Positions 41,335-45,491 of a stretch of DNA of 45,491 nucleotides are shown here, piece after piece. The DNA comes from Candidatus Peribacteria bacterium. GTDB taxonomy: Bacteria > Patescibacteriota > Gracilibacteria > Peribacterales > Peribacteraceae. The DNA is taken from NCBI GenBank assembly GCA_009691305.1, contig SICS01000001.1:1-45491 (forward strand), in the 5' to 3' direction. Within the stretch, counting starts at the first letter, position 1, and every line of letters begins with the position of its first letter. Both the position numbers and the translations under genes were made by a program. The notes beneath the pieces are model-generated. The model saw only the letters and a program-made list of their open reading frames with translations. It had not been told where the DNA came from and ran no database searches.

Positions 41335-41874
41335 TCAATCCAACCGGAACCCAATCCTCCCCTTCTTCTCCGGAACCTCGGGTGTCATTAGCTGACGTAT
41401 TGCTTCGAAAACTGACGTAATTTTTTCATCGTGCTTTGTCAGTTTTGCTTCCAGCGCATCAAGTTTCCGGGCGAGCTCTATGTGGGAAGCAAGGAGTGTC
41501 CGTAACCGGACAAATGCACGCACAACAAGAATACTGGCGGCAACGGCAACGGGCGTGTTGAGGATACAGGCGACCATGACAGCGCCGTGTTCGGTGAAGA
41601 CGAACGGTAATTTTCGCCTGCCGCCCCTGCCAATCTTTGATGTTGCAAATTGCAACATCAAACCGGCAAATTCTTTTTCGGTTACCACGAAGGCAAAATC
41701 CGCAGGGAACCTCGCTATGTTGCGACGCACCTGCTGGTTCAACCGAGCCGTCGTTATCCCATAGATTTGAGCGAGCTCCGAATCTAGAAGTACTTTCTGC
41801 CCGCGAATATACAAAATAGATTTTTCGATTCGCTCAGAAGGGATCAACTGATGATGTCGGGATCGCGGTATCAT
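41335..41874 (-). CDS. ORF6N domain protein (KilA-N-related DNA-binding, phage/plasmid-associated)
   Basis: ILYIRGQKVLLDSELAQIYGITTARLNQQVRRNIARFPADFAFVVT..RKLPFVFTEHGAVM, with a C-terminal helical tail. Confidence 0.8.
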   Translation of the reverse strand: MIPRSRHHQLIPSERIEKSILYIRGQKVLLDSELAQIYGITTARLNQQVRRNIARFPADFAFVVTEKEFAGLMLQFATSKIGRGGRRKLPFVFTEHGAVMVACILNTPVAVAASILVVRAFVRLRTLLASHIELARKLDALEAKLTKHDEKITSVFEAIRQLMTPEVPEKKGRIGFRLD

Positions 41875-42179
41875 GGGAATGAAGGAAAATGATAAAGAAT
41901 GCCCGCAACCTGCCCTTTACGATATCCGCCCCAATTCTCACTTGATGTTGCAAATTGCAATATCAAGTTTTTGGCTTCTGAAAGAGTTAATTCGAACATA
42001 AAGTCTCTGGGGAACCTCGTAGAATTTCGCCGAACCTGTTGGTTAAGGCGACCTGTTGAGACTCCATATAATTCGGCTAAATCTCTATCCAACATCACTT
42101 TCTGCCCGCGAATCAGCAGAATGCGATTGCCAATGGTTTCGATAGGGACGATTGAATCTGGAGAGGACTGGAGAGTCAT
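41871..42179 (-). CDS. Truncated ORF6N-domain paralog (N-terminal domain only; possibly a remnant)
   Basis: ILLIRGQKVMLDRDLAELYGVSTGRLNQQVRRNSTRFPRDFMFELT is present. The match is lost after LQFATSSENWGG, and the conserved RKLP.FTEHG block is missing. It has an ATGA overlap with the downstream full-length copy. Confidence 0.5.
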   Translation of the reverse strand: MTLQSSPDSIVPIETIGNRILLIRGQKVMLDRDLAELYGVSTGRLNQQVRRNSTRFPRDFMFELTLSEAKNLILQFATSSENWGGYRKGQVAGILYHFPSFP

Positions 42180-42323
42180 ATGCCCTACGTTCGCGCGTAT
42201 TGCTATGAACGAAAAGTGGTGGAATGAGAAATTGATTTTCTAGAATACGAGAAAATGGCTAACGTATGAGAAAGTTAGATGTTCCACACCCCTATGGAAC
42301 ATCCATCCGCTACCATGTCCCCC

Positions 42324-43349
42324 ATGCGCCGCCGACAGAGTTCCCGCTCCAATCTCCTCCTGTTGCTTGCAACGGTCCTGTTCTTCTTCGGGGGGATCGA
42401 AGCGGTGCTGCGCGTGACGGGGATCGATAAGGGGAAGCCGATTTCCCCGCAGATCTACCAGAAGAGCGATGACCCCGCGCTCAGTTACGAACTGAAACCG
42501 AACCTCCGCGAGCCGGCGTTCCGCTCGACTGTTGTGACTGACCGCCGTGGGTTCCGCTCGGAAGAAATCCAGGCGGGTAAGCAGACGATTGCACTGCTGG
42601 GTGACTCGGTGACGTTCGGGTACGGGCTGGAGAATGAACAGACGCTTGCCTCGCACCTGGCCACTGGCCTCGCCAAGAAGTTCAATGTCGTCTCGGCCGC
42701 TGCGCCCGGCTACACCCTCGGGCAGGAAGCGGCGATCTACAAGGAGAAGGTCGCACAGCTCCACCCGGACACCGTCGTCCTCGTCTTCTACTGGAATGAT
42801 TTGAAAGATATGGAACCCGCGGTGCTGGATGACGAAGGAAACTTGCAGTCAGCGGGCTGGGCGCCCGGGCAGCCGACGTGCCACCCGATCGAGACCGGCA
42901 TCCTGGGATGGATTCCGGGCAAGTGTTGGCTGGATCTCCACAGCGCGTTCTACCGCACGATCAAAAAAGTGATCAGTGCGCGGACGGAACAGAGCAACCT
43001 GGCACAGCAGGAAACCGAATACCGAGAGAACGCGTTCGGGGACTGGGTGACGCAGGACCAGCTCCACAAGTACGGCGAAACGCTCTCCGCGTTTGTGAAC
43101 ACGCTCCCCAAGACGACGAAACTCCTCTTTGTGATCTGGCCCGAGAAGCAGCTGCACCTAGAGAGCGGCCAGCAGCTAAGGAAAATTGCCGAGCAGAACG
43201 AGTTCGACGTGCTGAACCTCTATGAAGTCTTCGGCAACACGCCGCAGAGCCTCTCGTGGGACACGGTCCACCCGAGTGCCGCCACGGTCGAACAGGCAGC
43301 CGGCATCATCAAGTCCGCGCTGGAGGGGTGGAAATTGCTGCCGCAGTGA
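42324..43349 (+). CDS. Membrane-anchored SGNH/GDSL-family hydrolase or acyltransferase, paralog 2
   Basis: MRRRQSSRSNLLLLLATVLFFFGG is a TM anchor. IALLGDSVTFGYG is block I, and a distal VHPS block lies near the C-terminus. The start at the ATG at 42324 (TACCAT-N7) parallels the paralog N-terminus. The ORF-track start is 42279. Confidence 0.7.
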   Translation: MRRRQSSRSNLLLLLATVLFFFGGIEAVLRVTGIDKGKPISPQIYQKSDDPALSYELKPNLREPAFRSTVVTDRRGFRSEEIQAGKQTIALLGDSVTFGYGLENEQTLASHLATGLAKKFNVVSAAAPGYTLGQEAAIYKEKVAQLHPDTVVLVFYWNDLKDMEPAVLDDEGNLQSAGWAPGQPTCHPIETGILGWIPGKCWLDLHSAFYRTIKKVISARTEQSNLAQQETEYRENAFGDWVTQDQLHKYGETLSAFVNTLPKTTKLLFVIWPEKQLHLESGQQLRKIAEQNEFDVLNLYEVFGNTPQSLSWDTVHPSAATVEQAAGIIKSALEGWKLLPQ

Positions 43350-44093
43350 TCACAGGTGCCACAGGTGCCAGATCACCGGCAGGTATTTCTTGCCACGACG
43401 GAAGAGCTGACGGAAGGTCGTCCCTGTTTTTGAGTACCCAGCGCGGCGCGGTGGGGAGATGAACGGGATCTCGCAGAAGGAGTGCCCGTTCTTGATTGCG
43501 CGGTACATGAGATCCATGAAGTACTCGCCATAGTCACCATAGAGCGGTGTGAGCGACCGGAGCGTGGTGGCTTTGATCGCGATGAAGCCGCTCGTGTAGT
43601 CGTGGAAGCGGGAGTCGAGCGCCAAATGGATGAACCAGTTGATCAGGCGGCTGAGGATCACGCCAAGCGCCGATTCGTCGGCGTTGAACCAGCTGATGCC
43701 GCGCTTGTAGCTGCCGCCTTTCACGTACCGCGACGCGACGGCGATCTCGCAGCCCGATACTGCCTTCCGGATGAGGACAGCCATCGTCTCCGGAGGATGA
43801 CTGAAGTCGCAGTCCATCCAGCAGATGATGTCGCCCTGCGCGAGTTCAATGCCACGGCTGATGCTCTTCTGCAATCCATGATCGCTCATGCGGGTCTCGA
43901 TCCGCACAGTCGTGCCCGGGTGCGCATTGATAAAGTCCTGCACGGACTTCGACGTCCCGTCCGGCGAATTGTCATCCACCACGATGATTTCGTGCGGCAC
44001 ATCGACGTACTTCTGCAGCTCCTCGATCAGCGGCACGATGTTCTCGAGCTCGTTGAATGTGGGGAGCACGATGGAAGCAACCGGCTTATCCAT
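43350..44093 (-). CDS. GT2 polyprenyl-phosphate glycosyltransferase (DPM1/ArnC-like)
   Basis: SIVLPTFNELENI..IIVVDDNSPDGT..DCDFSHPP (DxD-type), 247 aa with a short C-terminal tail. The start at the ATG at 44093 overlaps the DegT stop by 8 nt. Its stop abuts the convergent SGNH stop. Confidence 0.8.
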   Translation of the reverse strand: MDKPVASIVLPTFNELENIVPLIEELQKYVDVPHEIIVVDDNSPDGTSKSVQDFINAHPGTTVRIETRMSDHGLQKSISRGIELAQGDIICWMDCDFSHPPETMAVLIRKAVSGCEIAVASRYVKGGSYKRGISWFNADESALGVILSRLINWFIHLALDSRFHDYTSGFIAIKATTLRSLTPLYGDYGEYFMDLMYRAIKNGHSFCEIPFISPPRRAGYSKTGTTFRQLFRRGKKYLPVIWHLWHL

Positions 44094-45216
44094 GAATTTT
44101 CTTAAGGGAATCGCACACATACTCCAGTTGCTCCTGCGTGAGGGCAAGGCCTGAGGGAAGGTACAAGCCGCGGTCGGCAATGTGCTCGGACACGGGGAAC
44201 GTGCCACCCTTGCCGAGGAGATCCCGGATGACCGGCTGGCTGGCAGAGGACGGGAAGAAGTCGCGGGTATCGATCCCTTTCTCCTTGAGCGCGACGCGCA
44301 GTGCATCGCGTGTCATGGGGAAGTCGTCGTCGATGAGGATCGAGTACATCCAATGGACATTGTGCGCGTAGGGCTTGGTGACGGGGAGCTGGATACCGGC
44401 GATGCCGGAGAGCCGCTTGCCGTACTCGGCGGCCATCCACTCCTTGTGTTTGAGGAATTCCCCGATGGACTCCAGTTGCCCCAGCCCAAGTGCGGCCTGG
44501 AGGTTCGTCATCCGGTAGTTGTACCCGACCTCCTTGTGCCAGAAGCGCCGCTCGGGGCTGTGCGCAAGGTCTTTCAGCGACCGCACCCTCTCTGCCAACG
44601 CGTCATTATCGGTCACGACCATGCCCCCCTCCCCCGTCGTGATGATCTTATTGCCATAGAAGCTGAAACAGCCGATGTCCCCCATCGCACCACACTTCTT
44701 CCCTCCGGTGGTGACCGTGCTCGACCCTTTGTAGATGGCACCGTGCGCCTCGGCCGCATCTTCGATCACGGCAAGGCCGTGCTTCTGTGCAAGAACGATC
44801 AGCGGATCCATGTCGACGCTGTGGCCGTAAATGTGCACCGGCATGATTGCCTTCGTCTTGCGCGTGATCTTCTTTTCGATCAACGCGACGTTGATGTTGT
44901 ACGTGTCGGGCTCGACATCAACAAAGACCGGCGTCGCCCCTGTGTAGAGGATTGCGAACACCGATGCGATCATCGTGAAGTCCGGCACGATCACCTCGTC
45001 GCCCTCCCCAATACCAATACTGAGCAGCGCCACATGCAGCGCAGCCGTTCCGCTCGAGACGCAGGCGGCGTGTTTGACACCCAGGTATTCGGCAAACGCA
45101 GCCTCGAACTTGCCGATGTACGGCCCCGCGGAGGAGACCCACCCGGACTCGAGTGCGTCGACCACGTACTTCTTCGCGGCCTTCGTAATGACGGGTTCAT
45201 TGACGGGGACTTTCAT
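44086..45216 (-). CDS. DegT/DnrJ/EryC1-family PLP-dependent sugar aminotransferase (ArnB/PglE/LegC-like)
   Basis: VPVNEPVI..SSGTAALHVAL..DFTMIAS..SFYGNKIITTGEGG (PLP Lys)..YNYRMTNLQAALG. The ATG at 45216 is preceded by TACACT-N6. Confidence 0.88.
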   Translation of the reverse strand: MKVPVNEPVITKAAKKYVVDALESGWVSSAGPYIGKFEAAFAEYLGVKHAACVSSGTAALHVALLSIGIGEGDEVIVPDFTMIASVFAILYTGATPVFVDVEPDTYNINVALIEKKITRKTKAIMPVHIYGHSVDMDPLIVLAQKHGLAVIEDAAEAHGAIYKGSSTVTTGGKKCGAMGDIGCFSFYGNKIITTGEGGMVVTDNDALAERVRSLKDLAHSPERRFWHKEVGYNYRMTNLQAALGLGQLESIGEFLKHKEWMAAEYGKRLSGIAGIQLPVTKPYAHNVHWMYSILIDDDFPMTRDALRVALKEKGIDTRDFFPSSASQPVIRDLLGKGGTFPVSEHIADRGLYLPSGLALTQEQLEYVCDSLKKIHG

Positions 45217-45240
45217 AAGGGAAGTGTACATTATGACTTG

Positions 45241-45286
45241 GAGAGCGGGCATACTTGCCCGCTGGCAGGCAGGTATGCCTGCCCCC
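45241..45286. repeat. Twin-hairpin dispersed repeat, copy D (inverted relative to copies A-C)
   Basis: GAGAGCGGGCATACTTGCCCGCTGGCAGGCAGGTATGCCTGCCCCC. Confidence 0.8.
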
Positions 45287-45293
45287 CCATTTT

Positions 45294-45491
45294 TCAACGG
45301 AAAATCTTCCCTGCCCCATCCCCTTCGTACGGCCCCTGTTTCACCTCAATCAGCCGCGTGGGTTCCAGCATGGTGAGCGCGTGCCCTCCGCGAAAGAAGA
45401 GGAGGAAGTCGCCTGCTGTGATCTCTTGTTCATGTAACTTGCCCCATTCCTCATCGAACACCGTGACCTTCGCCTTCCCTTTTTCGAGGTA
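45294..45491 (-). CDS. C-terminal fragment of a small cupin-like protein (possibly WbuC family); 5' end off the window
   Basis: The reverse frame is open from the window edge to the TGA (complement of 45294-45296). It translates as YLEKGKAKVTVFDEEWGKLHEQEITAGDFLLFFRGGHALTMLEPTRLIEVKQGPYEGDGAGKIFR. The beta-rich GGH..E..IEVKQGPY pattern resembles polysaccharide-cluster cupins. Confidence 0.55.
   Translation of the reverse strand, partial: YLEKGKAKVTVFDEEWGKLHEQEITAGDFLLFFRGGHALTMLEPTRLIEVKQGPYEGDGAGKIFR

Noticed and set aside
42241-42269. TAGAAT-N8-ATG followed by a 4-codon ORF (MANV-stop) upstream of the second SGNH gene.
   Set aside because: It is too short to call as a gene. It may be a chance match or a promoter giving the SGNH gene a leader. 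The TACCAT-N7-ATG at 42324 fits the locus-wide pattern better.
1-45491. A search for defence systems (restriction-modification, toxin-antitoxin, CBASS/retron-like, cas), prophage blocks, and rRNA or tRNA genes.
   Set aside because: None was recognised. Apart from the RAYT and the ORF6N pair, every substantial ORF fits glycan biosynthesis, modification or export. No cloverleaf-like or rRNA-like sequence was seen in the short intergenic regions.

Overview
This 45.5-kb window is GC-rich (high-50s % by eye), gene-dense and bacterial. It is essentially one surface-glycan biosynthesis superlocus.

Gene content, left to right:
- gmd (partial) and a TviB/WbpO-like nucleotide-sugar dehydrogenase.
- A KpsS-like transferase, a SAM methyltransferase, a GT-C-like membrane protein and a PhyH-like oxygenase.
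- An ADP-heptose block: GT9 heptosyltransferase, HldC, a cupin-HldA fusion and GmhB.
- A NeuB/NeuC/NeuA-type nonulosonic-acid (NulO) block with a CapD-like dehydratase and an SDR-NeuA fusion.
- A HisF/HisH/PP-loop amidotransferase (acetamidino) triad.
- An MBOAT plus DltD-like O-acylation pair.
- A RAYT transposase framed by REP repeats.
- A second, mirror-image acetamidino triad.
- A complete pseudaminic-acid operon: pseB, pseC, pseF-like, a pseG-pseH fusion and pseI.
- A second KpsS-like paralog, an MsbA/PglK-like ABC exporter, a second GT-C protein and a GT4.
- A cassette of SGNH, SxtK(DUF5989)-like, SxtJ-like, carbamoyltransferase and SemiSWEET genes.
- A low-GC islet with tandem ORF6N genes.
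- A second SGNH paralog, then a GT2 plus DegT pair (ArnC/ArnB-like), then a partial cupin gene.

No rRNA, tRNA or CRISPR array was seen.

Non-coding highlights:
- Two dispersed hairpin repeat families. One is a REP family linked to the RAYT. The other is a twin-hairpin element with 4 copies.
- A TANNNT hexamer sits 6-8 nt upstream of about 19 start codons, and Shine-Dalgarno sequences are almost absent. This suggests pervasive leaderless expression.

The many long ORFs antisense to these genes are GC-driven shadows. The taxon cannot be determined from this window alone. All product calls rest on my reading of motifs in the translations, because no searches could be run.
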